A model generated the notes under the pieces. The model was not told where the DNA came from. It did not search any database and saw only the letters and a list, made by a program, of their open reading frames with translations. From Desulfobulbus propionicus DSM 2032 (GTDB lineage: Bacteria > Desulfobacterota > Desulfobulbia > Desulfobulbales > Desulfobulbaceae), in assembly GCF_000186885.1 (NCBI RefSeq), contig NC_014972.1, forward strand, positions 1,950,001-1,982,000: a DNA stretch of 32,000 bases. The letters are read 5' to 3'. The number at the start of each line of letters is the position of its first letter. Position 1 is the first letter of the stretch. A program made the translations under genes and the position numbers. Positions 19,464-29,935 of the stretch are shown piece by piece.

Positions 19464-21452
19464 TCAGGCCGCCGGTTCCGCGCTTAACCGCGCACCGGGA
19501 AAGAACTTGGCCTGAAAGGCGTCACGGGCCTCGCTGGAGCCGATGACCGCCACCAGATCCTTTTCCTGAAAACGAAACTGCGGCCCGGGATTGGGCTCCA
19601 ACTGATCCTCACGGAGCACACCCACCACCGATACCCCCGTTTTCTTGCGGATCTCGGCCTCGCCGATGGTGCGATCGATCAGGGCGCTGCCTTCGCCAAC
19701 GGTCACCCACTCCAGATCAAACTGCTGCTCGGCCGAGCGAAACTGGGACAGGGTCTGATAGGGCTTGCTCTGGCTCATTCTGCTGGTGAAATATTCCTGG
19801 CGCAAGGCCTCGGTCTGCCGCTGAATCTCGGTGACCGGGATGTGCAGGGCGAGCAGCACCTGACGGGCCATCTCCAGGCCGGCTTCCAATTCGGGATAGA
19901 CCAGGTCGGTGACATTGAGTTCGCTGAAAACCTCGAAGAAATCCGGGTCCGAGATGCGGGCCACCACCTCGATGCGGCCGTTGAGCCGCTGGGCGTGGGC
20001 GACAATGGTCTGCGATTCGACGATGCCGGGGATGGTCACCACCAGCAGGGCCGCCTTGTGCATCGAGGCCGCCTCGAGCACGATTTCATGGCTGGCGTCG
20101 CCGTAGACCACCGCAAATCCGGCATTCTTGGCCTGTTCGATCCGCCGCTGGTCGAGCTCGATGATCACAAAGGGGATGGACAGCCGATGGAGGGTGGTCG
20201 CGATCTGCATTCCCACCCGGCCGCCGCCGGCAATAACCACATGATGGTCGAATCCCTTGTCGGGAAAGTTGAGCGATTCCAATTGCTCCTTCTGGAACCA
20301 CCGTTTTTTCAAGGAATAGAGGCGCGAGGTCTGGGCGGAGATGACCGGGGTGAGAATCATGGTCAGCACCGCGGTGGTCAGCACCAGGTTGTAGAAATCG
20401 GTGTTTACCGATTTGCTGCTCAGGCCGATCCGGGCCAGGACAAAGGAAAATTCGCCGATCTGAAACAGGCCCAACCCCACGGCGATGGGAATAACGTTCC
20501 CGTAGCGAAACATCCAGGAAATGGTGGCAAAGATCAATCCCTTGCCGACGCTGACCAACAGCACCAGCAGGAGGATGGTGGCGAAATGGTCGACCATGAA
20601 GCGGGGATCGAGCAACATGCCCACCGAGGCGAAGAACAGCAGGCCAAACACATCGCGCAGGGGAATGATGTCGCTCAGCGCCTGATGGCCGTAGTCGGAT
20701 TCGTTGAGCACCATGCCGGCGATGAAGGCGCCGAAGGCGAAGGACAGGCCGATCAGGTAGGTGGCGTAGCCGATGCCGAGACCGATGGCGATGATCGCCA
20801 GGAGAAACAACTCACGCGAGCCGATCTTGGCGATGCGCCGCATCAGCCAGGGCAGCAGCTTGGCGCCGAGGACGAACATGCCGAGCAGAAAGAGAGCGGC
20901 CTTGATCGCCGCATGGCCGAGCTGAACCATGCCGGCGGCCGGATCGTTCATCAGCGGCAGGATGATCAGCATGGGCACCACCGCCAGGTCCTGAACAATG
21001 AGCATGCCGATCATCACCTTGCTCGACAAGGTGCCGAGCCAGCCCTGATTCATCAGGGTTTTGAGGATCACCATGGTCGACGACAGGGAAATCAGGGCGC
21101 CGAACCAGACCGAGGTTTTCAAATCCCAGCCCATCAGTTGGCCGATACCGATGCCGAGCGTCACGCTCAGACCGATCTGCAACGGCGTGCCGGCCAGGGC
21201 GATCCATTTGACCGGCTTGAGATCCTTGTGGGAAAATTCCAGCCCCAGGGCGAACAGCAGCAAGCCGACGCCGATTTCGGCCAGCAATTCGATATCGTGG
21301 GCGTCGGAGATGGTCAGGCCGCCGGTATGGGGACCGAGGATGACCCCGGCGAGAATGTAGCCGAGAATCAACGGCTGACGCAGCCGCTGCATCAACAGGC
21401 CGCAAAAAAAGGCGGTGAGCACGAGGAGGATGATGTCGGTGGCAATGCCCAT
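19464..21452 (-). CDS. CPA2-family monovalent cation:proton antiporter with TrkA_N and TrkA_C domains (Kef-type)
   Basis: N-terminal multi-TM segment ([18 protein letters not shown]), nucleotide-binding [32 protein letters not shown], TrkA_C-like tail. Confidence 0.9.
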   Translation of the reverse strand: MGIATDIILLVLTAFFCGLLMQRLRQPLILGYILAGVILGPHTGGLTISDAHDIELLAEIGVGLLLFALGLEFSHKDLKPVKWIALAGTPLQIGLSVTLGIGIGQLMGWDLKTSVWFGALISLSSTMVILKTLMNQGWLGTLSSKVMIGMLIVQDLAVVPMLIILPLMNDPAAGMVQLGHAAIKAALFLLGMFVLGAKLLPWLMRRIAKIGSRELFLLAIIAIGLGIGYATYLIGLSFAFGAFIAGMVLNESDYGHQALSDIIPLRDVFGLLFFASVGMLLDPRFMVDHFATILLLVLLVSVGKGLIFATISWMFRYGNVIPIAVGLGLFQIGEFSFVLARIGLSSKSVNTDFYNLVLTTAVLTMILTPVISAQTSRLYSLKKRWFQKEQLESLNFPDKGFDHHVVIAGGGRVGMQIATTLHRLSIPFVIIELDQRRIEQAKNAGFAVVYGDASHEIVLEAASMHKAALLVVTIPGIVESQTIVAHAQRLNGRIEVVARISDPDFFEVFSELNVTDLVYPELEAGLEMARQVLLALHIPVTEIQRQTEALRQEYFTSRMSQSKPYQTLSQFRSAEQQFDLEWVTVGEGSALIDRTIGEAEIRKKTGVSVVGVLREDQLEPNPGPQFRFQEKDLVAVIGSSEARDAFQAKFFPGARLSAEPAA

Positions 21453-21604
21453 GGGAAATCCTTGCTCGTTGAGGCCGGCATGGGGCCGTGTTGAAAGAGA
21501 AAAAAACTGCCGGAGGGCAACTATACCAACGTCAAGAAAAATGGCGAGCGTATTTCACCGACCGATGTCCAAAGATGGCCCGGGCCGTTTTCGTGCCGCC
21601 GCTC

Positions 21605-24600
21605 TCACCCCTGATCCAGCACCTCCCGAACCTTTCGCGTCAACTGACTGGCGGTAAAGGGTTTTTCAAGAAAATGCCCCAGCCTTTCCATCCCCCCGTG
21701 GTGGGCGATGATATCGGCGGTATAGCCCGACATGTACAGCACCCTGACGGCGGGCAGGATATCCCGCACCGTGCGGGCCAGGTCGCGGCCGTTCATTTCC
21801 GGCATGATCAAGTCAGTGAGCAACAGATGAATCGCTCCCTGGTGCCGACGGGCAAGATCCACGGCTTCCGCCGGACTGCGGGTCATCAGGACGGTATAGC
21901 CCCGCTGTTCGAGGATATAGGCGGCCAATTCGAGGATGGCATACTCGTCTTCCACCAGCAGGATGGTTTCCACTCCCCGCTGCCGGATCGCGCCATTGGT
22001 GAGCGGCATCGCATTGGCGCTGAACTCGGCACGCGGCAGATATACATGGAAGACGGTCCCCTGGCCCGGTGCGCTTGCCACGGTGATCGCGCCGTCATTT
22101 TGCTTGACGATGCCATACACCGTCGCCAGGCCAAGACCGGTGCCACAGCCGTTTTCCTTGGTGGTGAAAAACGGTTCGAAAATTCGGCTCTGGGTCTCCT
22201 GGTCCATGCCGCAGCCGTCATCCTTGACGGAGATGAGCACGTAATCACCGGGTGACAGTTCCAGACAGGGCGCGTCATCGGCTGGCACAACCACATTGGC
22301 GGTCTGAATGTGGAGATGTCCGGCGCCGCTGATGGCATCGCGGGCATTGACCGCGAGGTTGGCCAGTACCTGACCGATCTGGGTGGAATCCATTCGTACC
22401 GGCCAGAGTGAGGCCCCGGGCTGCCATTGGAGATCGATATGTTCCCCGATCAGCCGCTGCAGCATTTTCAAGGCCGCCGTAATGGTTTCATTGAGATCCA
22501 GCACCTTGGGGGCGATGACCTGTTTACGGGCAAAGGCGAGCAGCTGGCGGGTGAGATCAGCCGAATGCTGGACCGCCTTGTGCACCTCGAACAATCGACG
22601 GTACAGCGGATGCTGTTCCGTCAAATCGCTCAGGGTCATCTCCACGTAACTGCCGATCACGGTCAACATGTTGTTGAAATCATGCGCCACGCCACCGGCC
22701 AACCGCCCCACCACCTCCATTTTCTGCGATTGGAGCAACTGGGATTCAAGCCGCTTTTGCGCCTCTTCGGTGCGCTTGCGCTCGGTGATGTCCCGACTGA
22801 CCCCACGATAGCCGGCAAATCGCCCTTTCTGGTCGAACACCGGAGTGGCGTTCGATTCAAGGATCACCTCGCGCCCATCCCTGGTGCGACAGGTCAGACA
22901 AAGCTGGCTGCAGGGTTGCAGGGCTGCCATGGTCTCGACAAGCGTCCGGGTGGCCTCGCTGTCGTTGTTGGGGGAAAGCAGGTCAAGCCACGAGAGACCG
23001 ACGCATTCCCGGGGGGAATAACCGAGCATGTCCAGGCAACGGGGGCTGGCATAGCTCAGGCGATGCTCGCGATCGGTCTGCCAAATCAGGTCGCTGATGC
23101 TTTCCAGCAGATCAGCGTATCGTTTGGCGCTTTCGGCACGGGCCTTTTCCATGGCCCTCCGTTTGCTCTGGTCGCGGATGATCATCACCACCCCGGTAAT
23201 CTGCCCCGCCTCGTTGCGGATCGGCGCGCCGCTGTCGACAATCGGCCTGCGGCTGTCATCCCTGGCGATCAGCAGGGTATGATGGCTCATCCGCACAATC
23301 GCTTGCTCACGCAACACCCGGTCAACCGGCGAGGCGACCGGTTCGCCGGTTTCCTCGTCGATCACGCGATAGACCTGTGTCAGCGGCTTACCCAGGGCCT
23401 CCGCCTCGTGCCAGCCGGTCAGTTGCTCGGCCACGGGGTTCATCCGGGTGATCAGGCCGGCGGCATCGGTGGAGATCACGCCTTCGCCGATGCTGTACAG
23501 CGTGGCGCGAATTTCTCCCCGGGTTTGGCGGTGTTCGAACTCCTCGTTGAGCAGGGCATCGGTCAGCGACTTTTGACGGGAAAGGGTGGTGAGCCGGACC
23601 AGAATCCCGGTCATGATGGCCCCCATGACCACCAGCAGCAGGATGCACACGCCCCGGAAGCGCAATTCAGCGCGGGCGTGGAGAGCATCCATTTTGGTGA
23701 CCATGAACCAGCCGGTTTCCGGGATGGCGCTCAGGTCGGCCAGCACCTCGACGCCGCGATAGTCCAGGCCGCGAAACAGGCCTGTTTGCCCCAAGGCCGC
23801 CTGAACGGCGGGTGAGGCGGTATTGCTCAGCGGGACGCGGTAATTGAGGGTTGCCTGGGGTTCATGGAGGAGCTTGCTGAGCAGGAGGACATGGTCGCCT
23901 TGGGCGCGGACCAGCAGTGTTTCGGCATTGCTCTGTTTGATTGGCCATGACTGGATCACCGGATAGAGGCTCTGTCCCGGATCGACGATCAACAGGAGCA
24001 CGGCAAGCACCCGGTTGTTTTTATCCAAGACCGGGGCCGCGATATTCATGTGAATCATGCGGCAGTTGCGGCAATGGTAGAAATCGCCGAACATCGGGAC
24101 CGCGGATGCCGCCACCTGGTATACCAGTGCTTGTTCTTCTTTCTCCAGTTCGGTGACCCTGGGCATCAGGGAGAGGAGAATCCGACCATGGGCATCGGCC
24201 AGAATCATGTTGGCATAGCCCTCATTTTCCTGAAAAAAGGCGAGACGCTCCCTGATCTCTTCAAGCGTTTCAGGCTTGCCGGTCACGGACCACTCCCTGA
24301 CCAGGGTTCTGATCATCCCCGAAGAATTCATGCGTGCGTCCGCCAGCCGTTCCTGGCGCCAGGCAAAAATCTGACTGGCTTTCATGCGGGCGACCGACTG
24401 CAGTTGATTGTAGTGCTCCGTGACCACCACCTGTTCCTGTTGAAAATAGAATCCAGCCCCGCCTGCGATCAGCGCCAGGGCCGTGCCGAGGAACAGGACA
24501 AGCAGTTTCCAATTGCTGAAAGCGCCGCGATGGCTGCCGTCACGGGTGGCGATGGGGGGCGAGGGTGTAGGCATCGGGGAACACGGGAAACAAGGAATGG

Positions 24601-24613
24601 GCAAGGCCCCCAT
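21605..24613 (-). CDS. Hybrid sensor histidine kinase/response regulator: periplasmic sensor, PAS domains, HisKA, HATPase, REC
   Basis: Two TM segments bound an extracytoplasmic region. PAS domains include SDLIWQTDREHRLSYASPRCLDMLGYSP; H-box GRLAGGVAHDFNNML; ATPase GTGLGLATVYGIVKQNDG; REC LLLTDLIMPEMNG. The start may be 24574. Confidence 0.92.
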   Translation of the reverse strand: MGALPIPCFPCSPMPTPSPPIATRDGSHRGAFSNWKLLVLFLGTALALIAGGAGFYFQQEQVVVTEHYNQLQSVARMKASQIFAWRQERLADARMNSSGMIRTLVREWSVTGKPETLEEIRERLAFFQENEGYANMILADAHGRILLSLMPRVTELEKEEQALVYQVAASAVPMFGDFYHCRNCRMIHMNIAAPVLDKNNRVLAVLLLIVDPGQSLYPVIQSWPIKQSNAETLLVRAQGDHVLLLSKLLHEPQATLNYRVPLSNTASPAVQAALGQTGLFRGLDYRGVEVLADLSAIPETGWFMVTKMDALHARAELRFRGVCILLLVVMGAIMTGILVRLTTLSRQKSLTDALLNEEFEHRQTRGEIRATLYSIGEGVISTDAAGLITRMNPVAEQLTGWHEAEALGKPLTQVYRVIDEETGEPVASPVDRVLREQAIVRMSHHTLLIARDDSRRPIVDSGAPIRNEAGQITGVVMIIRDQSKRRAMEKARAESAKRYADLLESISDLIWQTDREHRLSYASPRCLDMLGYSPRECVGLSWLDLLSPNNDSEATRTLVETMAALQPCSQLCLTCRTRDGREVILESNATPVFDQKGRFAGYRGVSRDITERKRTEEAQKRLESQLLQSQKMEVVGRLAGGVAHDFNNMLTVIGSYVEMTLSDLTEQHPLYRRLFEVHKAVQHSADLTRQLLAFARKQVIAPKVLDLNETITAALKMLQRLIGEHIDLQWQPGASLWPVRMDSTQIGQVLANLAVNARDAISGAGHLHIQTANVVVPADDAPCLELSPGDYVLISVKDDGCGMDQETQSRIFEPFFTTKENGCGTGLGLATVYGIVKQNDGAITVASAPGQGTVFHVYLPRAEFSANAMPLTNGAIRQRGVETILLVEDEYAILELAAYILEQRGYTVLMTRSPAEAVDLARRHQGAIHLLLTDLIMPEMNGRDLARTVRDILPAVRVLYMSGYTADIIAHHGGMERLGHFLEKPFTASQLTRKVREVLDQG

Positions 24614-24677
24614 CGTCCGCCTTCACGGGGCATGGCCTCGCGGGACGAACGACGGGGGTGGGGGAGAGGGAATCTGT

Positions 24678-26660
24678 TCAGACCTTGAACTTCTTCACCA
24701 GCAGCTCCAGTTGGTCGGCCAGATCGGAGAGGCTCTGGGCGCTGGTTTGCACCTGGGCAGAGCCATCGCCCACCTGGGTCGACTGCTGGCTGATCTCGGT
24801 GACGTCGCGGGTGATGTCGGCCACCACCACCGTGCTTTGGGCCACGTTCTCGTTGACCTCGGCAATCCCTTGGGAGGCTTGGGCGATGTTGTTGGCGATT
24901 TCGTTGGTTGCCGCCGATTGTTCCTCCACGGCGGTGGCGATGGCGTTGATGACGCTGTTGATCTCGACGATGACCTCGGAAATCCGGGCAATATCCTCGA
25001 TGGTGGTGCTGGTGGTCGCCTGCATCTCGCTGATCTGATTCTTGATGTCCACCGTGGCCTCGGCGGTCTGGCGGGCCAGTTCCTTGATTTCGTTGGCCAC
25101 CACCGCGAATCCCTTGCCCGCCTCGCCGGCCCGGGCCGCCTCGATGGTGGCGTTGAGCGCCAGAAGGTTGGTTTGTTCGGAGATCTCGGTGATGGTCTCG
25201 GTGACCCGGCCGATTTTCTTGGCCGATTCGCCCAAATCGCTCATCTTGGTCGAGGTCGCCTGCGACTGCTTGACCGCCGCGTCGGTGATGATCCGCGCTT
25301 TCTCGGCGCTTTCAGCGATTTCGTTGACCGTGGCGGTCATCTCCTCGGTGGAGGAGGCGATCATGTTGACGTTGCTGGTCGACTGCTCCATGGCCGCTGA
25401 AACCGACTGAAAATTGGTGCTCATCTCCTCGGTGGCCGCGGCCACCGAACCTGACTTGTCGGCGGTATCCTTGGCAGCCGAGGACAGCTGTTTGGACACC
25501 GCCGCCAGATCGGTGGAGGACATGGACAGCTGGTTGATACCGGTGATGATTTCCTTGATCATACTGCCCAACTGGCCGACCATGACGTTCAGCGATCGGG
25601 CCATGATACCGATTTCATCGCCCTGGTTGACCTCCAATTTACTGGTGAAGTCCCCGCCCGCCATGGTTTCCGCAAAGGCAGCGGTCTTGCGCACCGGTCC
25701 GGTGATCGCCCGGGTGAGAAAGATGGCAAAAACAGCACCGAGCAGCAAGGCCATCGCCGAGATGAGCAGGGTGGTGCGGATGCCGGTCCTGCTGGTCGAC
25801 TTGAGCGATTCGCCCAACTCCTCCTGATCCTTGATATAGGTGGCGCGGATGTCGCCGACCAAGGTGGCGATCTCTCCCCCTATCTGGGTCAGGGTGCCGT
25901 TGTAGACCGTGTTGCGGCCCATGGCCGCCTTGGCCATCTGGTTGAAACTCTCAATATAGGTCTTGGCATCGGCAATCACATTTTGCGCCTTGGCCCTGCG
26001 CTCGGCATGCGCTCCGGCGGCGATCTGCCCCAAGATCTCCTGCATCTTGCCGTTTTCCGCCACGACCAGTTCCGCATCCTTCTCGGAAACGGTGGCCAGA
26101 AATTTTTGCGCGTACAACCGGGCAAGCAGCATGTGCTGGGTCGCCAGGGCAGCCCTGGTGGTGGTATCGAAATCCTGATCGTTCTTGGCCGAGGCCATGA
26201 TCTCGTTCATGCCGTTTTGCATGGAAGGGCCGAGAAATCGCAGGACTTCATTGATGATCCGGTCGCTTTCCCTGATGTCGGCGATGAGCTGCTCAAAGGC
26301 TGTCTGGTAGGTGTCGGCATCCTTGTCGATGGTAACGATCTTGGCCGCGCGTTCCGGATTCTTGATCCGGCCCTTGGCCTCATCCAGTATCGCCTGCAGT
26401 TTGCCCATGTACTCCTTGTACTCCTGCATGTCGGTGTCGCTGTGGGTGATCATGTAATCCTTCACCTGCATCCGCACCTGCAGCATCAGTTCCTGGAGAT
26501 TAGCCACCATATTGGAGTTGTTGCCTCGCCGGTCGTATTCATTGATACCGTTCGCGGCGGTATTGAGCCCATTCCAGGAAAATGACGAGACAATCAACAG
26601 CAACACCAGGATCAGTCCAAAACCGCCACCAATTTTCACCGATAATTTCATTGTGTTCAT
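24678..26660 (-). CDS. Methyl-accepting chemotaxis protein with long helical periplasmic sensor (HBM-like), HAMP and MCP signal domain
   Basis: TM1, about 250 aa helical region, TM2, HAMP ([31 protein letters not shown]), tip [37 protein letters not shown]. Confidence 0.93.
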   Translation of the reverse strand: MNTMKLSVKIGGGFGLILVLLLIVSSFSWNGLNTAANGINEYDRRGNNSNMVANLQELMLQVRMQVKDYMITHSDTDMQEYKEYMGKLQAILDEAKGRIKNPERAAKIVTIDKDADTYQTAFEQLIADIRESDRIINEVLRFLGPSMQNGMNEIMASAKNDQDFDTTTRAALATQHMLLARLYAQKFLATVSEKDAELVVAENGKMQEILGQIAAGAHAERRAKAQNVIADAKTYIESFNQMAKAAMGRNTVYNGTLTQIGGEIATLVGDIRATYIKDQEELGESLKSTSRTGIRTTLLISAMALLLGAVFAIFLTRAITGPVRKTAAFAETMAGGDFTSKLEVNQGDEIGIMARSLNVMVGQLGSMIKEIITGINQLSMSSTDLAAVSKQLSSAAKDTADKSGSVAAATEEMSTNFQSVSAAMEQSTSNVNMIASSTEEMTATVNEIAESAEKARIITDAAVKQSQATSTKMSDLGESAKKIGRVTETITEISEQTNLLALNATIEAARAGEAGKGFAVVANEIKELARQTAEATVDIKNQISEMQATTSTTIEDIARISEVIVEINSVINAIATAVEEQSAATNEIANNIAQASQGIAEVNENVAQSTVVVADITRDVTEISQQSTQVGDGSAQVQTSAQSLSDLADQLELLVKKFKV

Positions 26661-26664
26661 GCGC

Positions 26665-27063
26665 TCACCGTTTAAGAAAAGGAGTGTTGTGTGTTTCTTT
26701 CCTGAATATGTTGGTCAAATATTCAACCACCTCATCAATATTGCTTTCTAGGTAGCCGACAAATCGTGGAGAAAGATGCGAATATCTGTTGTTGCGCACC
26801 TGCTGCTCACTGCTGATGACCAGGATGATCCGGTAACTCTTGAATTCATCCCCCATGAGGAGCAGGGCATCGATATCGTCGTCGTCGTGGGCAAAGAGAA
26901 GAAGGATATCGTTGCTGCGCATCTGCAGACACAGAGGCGAGGAAAAACCCGAACCGGGAGGCAGGGTGCTCAGTGCGCCGCTCCAGGAGAATTGGCGAAA
27001 ATAGGTCTCCACCTGGCGAAAGGTCGCTGAATCCCTGGGTGTGTAAAGAAAGACGTGGTGCAT
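26665..27063 (-). CDS. Small uncharacterised protein, apparently co-transcribed with the downstream MCP
   Basis: ORF 26665..27099. ATG at 27063 ([22 protein letters not shown]) is preceded by GGAGGG. The stop lies 4 bp before the MCP start. Confidence 0.7.
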   Translation of the reverse strand: MHHVFLYTPRDSATFRQVETYFRQFSWSGALSTLPPGSGFSSPLCLQMRSNDILLLFAHDDDDIDALLLMGDEFKSYRIILVISSEQQVRNNRYSHLSPRFVGYLESNIDEVVEYLTNIFRKETHNTPFLKR

Positions 27064-27338
27064 GAACCCTCCGAATGGTGCCCTGCGGCACCGCTGCATG
27101 CAATCTGGCCAAACGTCGTTTGTTTAGCATTTACCTTGCCAGTTGGGACGGAAAACACCATCAAACATTATTGCACAATATCAGTTAGTTGAAATATGAA
27201 TCGCCTTACGGAGGGGAAACTGGCGGCAACCGTTGGCTTGTTTGTCTCTTTTTGTAGACAGGCGTTTGTCTAGTTTTCTAGACGAGCGGAAGGTGGCGGA
27301 AGGAGGGAGCCATGCCAGGCGGCAAAGGGATGCGTCGT

Positions 27339-28748
27339 TCAGTCACGGCAAGAGGTTTCGGGATCAAGGCCATGGAGGTTGATCAGCTGGTACAGTCGGG
27401 CACGGGACAGGCCCGACACGGTGCAGGCATCCCTGATGTTCCCCTTGGTGCTCGCAAAAAGATGCCGCAGATATTCGCGTTCCTTTTCCGCCTTGAACGC
27501 CTTCCAGGTCACCGGCGGGGACGTTGGGGGGACGGTGTGTTCGCTCCGTGTTCTCGCGGCCTCGGCTGAAATGCACTCAAGGGTCTTGCAGACCCGAATC
27601 TGTTGGGGCAGATGGTAGGCGAACAGGGTGGGATGATGGACAGCGGTGGCAAACACTTGCTCCAGGGTTTGCTGCAGTTCGCGAACATTACCCGGCCAGT
27701 CATAGGCATGCAGGTATTCGAAAAATTCATCGGCGACCCCCTTGGAGCCGACTTTGGCCCGATCGCAGAGCCTGGCGAGGAAATGGCGGCTGAGTGGCCG
27801 GATGTCTTCCTTCCGTTCCCGTAGCGGCGGCAGATGAAGGGGGAGGGAACGGAGACGGTAGAGCAGGTCGGCGCGGAACGCGCCGTCAGCCGCCTCCTGG
27901 TCGAGATTGCGGTTGGTGGCGGCGATCACCCGGAAATTGCTGAACTCTTCCCGGGCCGCGCCGACCGGTCGAAAGCGGTGTTCCTGCAGGACGCGAAGAA
28001 AGGTTTTCTGGATACGTTCCGGCAATTCGCCCACCTCGTCGAGGAACAGGGTACCGCCATGGGCCATGGCGATCAAACCGCCGAACGCCCGGTCAGCGCC
28101 GGTGAATGCCCCCTTGACATGGCCAAACAAGATGCTCTCGATCAGGGTTTCGGGCAGCGAGGCGCAATCGACCACCACAAAGGCCTGAGCGGCCCGGTTG
28201 GAATTGTCATGAATGGCGCGGGCAAACACTTCCTTGCCGGTTCCGGTCTCCCCCGTGATCAGGACCGTGGCCTCACTGGCCGCCGCCGTGGCCACCTGGT
28301 CAAGGCAGGACGCGAGGCTGGGGCTGGCACCGATGATCGTTTCGCGTTTGAGGGCGACCGGCAGCCGGCTGATTTTCTGTTTTTCTTCCCGGTACTGCAA
28401 GGCCCGGGTGAAAGGCAGCAGCAAATCGCGCAGGACATGGGGTTTTTCCAGGTAACTCCATGCTCCTGACTGAATCGCCTTTTTCGCGCCATCGGGGTCG
28501 CCTGACCCGGTCATGATGATGATTTCCGGCCGCGAGGCGGTTTCGGCAAAACGGGAAAAGGCATTCAACCCGTTGCCGTCGGGCAATTGCACGTCGAGGA
28601 AAACGACATCGAAGCGGCCACGGCGGGCACACTCGATCCCCTCGGTCAGGGTAGCCGCGCATTCGGCCCGATGCCCCGAGTTGCCAAGATGAACAGCCAG
28701 CATTTCGGCCAGCATGGAATCGTCATCAACGATGAGAATATCGGCCAT
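27339..28748 (-). CDS. Sigma54-dependent NtrC-family response regulator
   Basis: REC (ILIVDDDSM, VVFLDVQLPDG), Walker A GETGTGKE, GAFTGA, FLDEVGELPERIQ, Fis-type HTH. Start MADILIV at 28748. Confidence 0.93.
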   Translation of the reverse strand: MADILIVDDDSMLAEMLAVHLGNSGHRAECAATLTEGIECARRGRFDVVFLDVQLPDGNGLNAFSRFAETASRPEIIIMTGSGDPDGAKKAIQSGAWSYLEKPHVLRDLLLPFTRALQYREEKQKISRLPVALKRETIIGASPSLASCLDQVATAAASEATVLITGETGTGKEVFARAIHDNSNRAAQAFVVVDCASLPETLIESILFGHVKGAFTGADRAFGGLIAMAHGGTLFLDEVGELPERIQKTFLRVLQEHRFRPVGAAREEFSNFRVIAATNRNLDQEAADGAFRADLLYRLRSLPLHLPPLRERKEDIRPLSRHFLARLCDRAKVGSKGVADEFFEYLHAYDWPGNVRELQQTLEQVFATAVHHPTLFAYHLPQQIRVCKTLECISAEAARTRSEHTVPPTSPPVTWKAFKAEKEREYLRHLFASTKGNIRDACTVSGLSRARLYQLINLHGLDPETSCRD

Positions 28749-29000
28749 GGTCAAGCAACAGGTGCCACCTGAAGACAGCGAGTTGGAATCACCCGGCATT
28801 CCTCTCGCTCAAGGCGAAGGGTCCGGGCTTCAATCGACAGACGGATGTTTAACAAGATGCCGGAAAACAGGCAAGGGATTTCGCGTCATGATTCAATGAT
28901 AACAAGCGGTTGTCAGACGATAACAGCTGTTGGGACGTTGCCGGGCACGATACAGCCGTGCTCCTTCTCTGCCGGTTTGCCAGGCTGCGCCTTTTGATCG

Positions 29001-29038
29001 TTTACTCGTTTCCACTCTCCAGCGTGGAAACGAGTAAA
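29001..29038. repeat. Perfect 15-bp inverted repeat, possibly a REP-like element
   Basis: TTTACTCGTTTCCAC - TCTCCAGC - GTGGAAACGAGTAAA. There is no U-tract on either strand. Confidence 0.7.
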
Positions 29039-29074
29039 ACAAAAGAGGCACCGCAGCAGTTGCCACGGCGCCTC
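29036..29074 (-). terminator. Intrinsic terminator after the CoA-transferase operon
   Basis: Minus strand GAGGCGCCG-N12-CGGTGCCTC (9-bp stem with one G-U) followed by TTTTGTTTT, about 30 bp past the stop at 29103. Confidence 0.85.
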
Positions 29075-29102
29075 CTTGGTTGGATAACAGACGAATCGGA
29101 GT

Positions 29103-29927
29103 TCAGCCCTTTTTCACCTTGGGAATGAAGATCTCGTCCGGATCGAGCACGTCGTGGATGAAGTGCAGTTCCTCGCGGGTGGGCGGGGCGGTTTCGCCGT
29201 TGACCCGGGAGACGTCGAGATCGAACTGGCACAGATCCTTGATCTCCGCCACGGTCTTGCCGGGGTGACAGGTGTCTAGGTACATGTGGCCATCGTTCTC
29301 GTCGAAGCGGAACACGCCGGCGGTGCTGATGATCGCCGAGGGGCCGCCGCGAAAGGCCGCGCCGTAGAGTTCGCGCCGATGGACCCACTCGCCGCCCGGC
29401 CACCGCTTCACCCGCCAGCCGGGGCTGGTGATGTAGCTGACGTTCTCGACAAAGCGCCGTTTTTCATGGACCATGATGAACACGGTGCGCTTGGCGAACG
29501 AGTTGATGTCCGGGTTGCCGCCGCTGCCGGTAAGGCGCAGTTCCGGGTCCAGATAGTTGCCGATGCAGGTGGTGTTGACGTTGCCGTATTGGTCGACCTC
29601 GGCACCGCCGAGATAGCCCAGATCGACATAGCCGCGCTGGGCGATGGAAAAGGCGTCGTACAGGCCCGAGGAACGGGAAGCGCCGGTCTCGCAACGGGCA
29701 TCCCCCACCGAGGTGGGCAATTCCGGCGGCCGGCCGTCCAGGGTGCCGGCTTCAAAGATCAGTTTCAGATTCGGGGCATGGGTCTTCTGCGCCAGCATGA
29801 TGGCCACCATGGGCAGGCCGGTGCCGGCAAAGACGATCTCATTGTCCTGGACCTCCCGCGAGGCGGCGCAGCACAGCAGATCGGCCAGATTGTATTCTTC
29901 GGGCGAGGCAAAGTTGGTCATATCCAA
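29103..29927 (-). CDS. CoA-transferase subunit beta (glutaconate CoA-transferase-like)
   Basis: 274 aa. NLADLLCCAASREVQDNEIVFAGTGLPMVAIMLAQKTHAPNLKLIFEAG is typical of the beta subunit, and it is adjacent to the alpha subunit. Confidence 0.87.
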   Translation of the reverse strand: MDMTNFASPEEYNLADLLCCAASREVQDNEIVFAGTGLPMVAIMLAQKTHAPNLKLIFEAGTLDGRPPELPTSVGDARCETGASRSSGLYDAFSIAQRGYVDLGYLGGAEVDQYGNVNTTCIGNYLDPELRLTGSGGNPDINSFAKRTVFIMVHEKRRFVENVSYITSPGWRVKRWPGGEWVHRRELYGAAFRGGPSAIISTAGVFRFDENDGHMYLDTCHPGKTVAEIKDLCQFDLDVSRVNGETAPPTREELHFIHDVLDPDEIFIPKVKKG

Positions 29928-29935
29928 TCTCCCTT

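Noticed and set aside
19842-21494. 550-aa plus-strand ORF opposite the Kef-type antiporter
   Set aside because: Mirror ORF. The opposite strand encodes clear TM and TrkA_N features.
22427-23815. 462-aa plus-strand ORF opposite the hybrid histidine kinase
   Set aside because: Mirror ORF with no recognisable motif. The kinase H-box, ATPase and REC motifs are intact on the minus strand.
27100-27120. Possible sigma54 promoter TTGGCCAGATTGCA upstream of the small protein
   Set aside because: The GG-to-GC spacing is 7 nt instead of the required 10 nt, so it is not a -24/-12 element.
29001-29038. Interpreting this inverted repeat as the CoA-transferase operon terminator
   Set aside because: No U-tract on either strand. 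The adjacent 29036-29074 hairpin with TTTTGTTTT is the better terminator.
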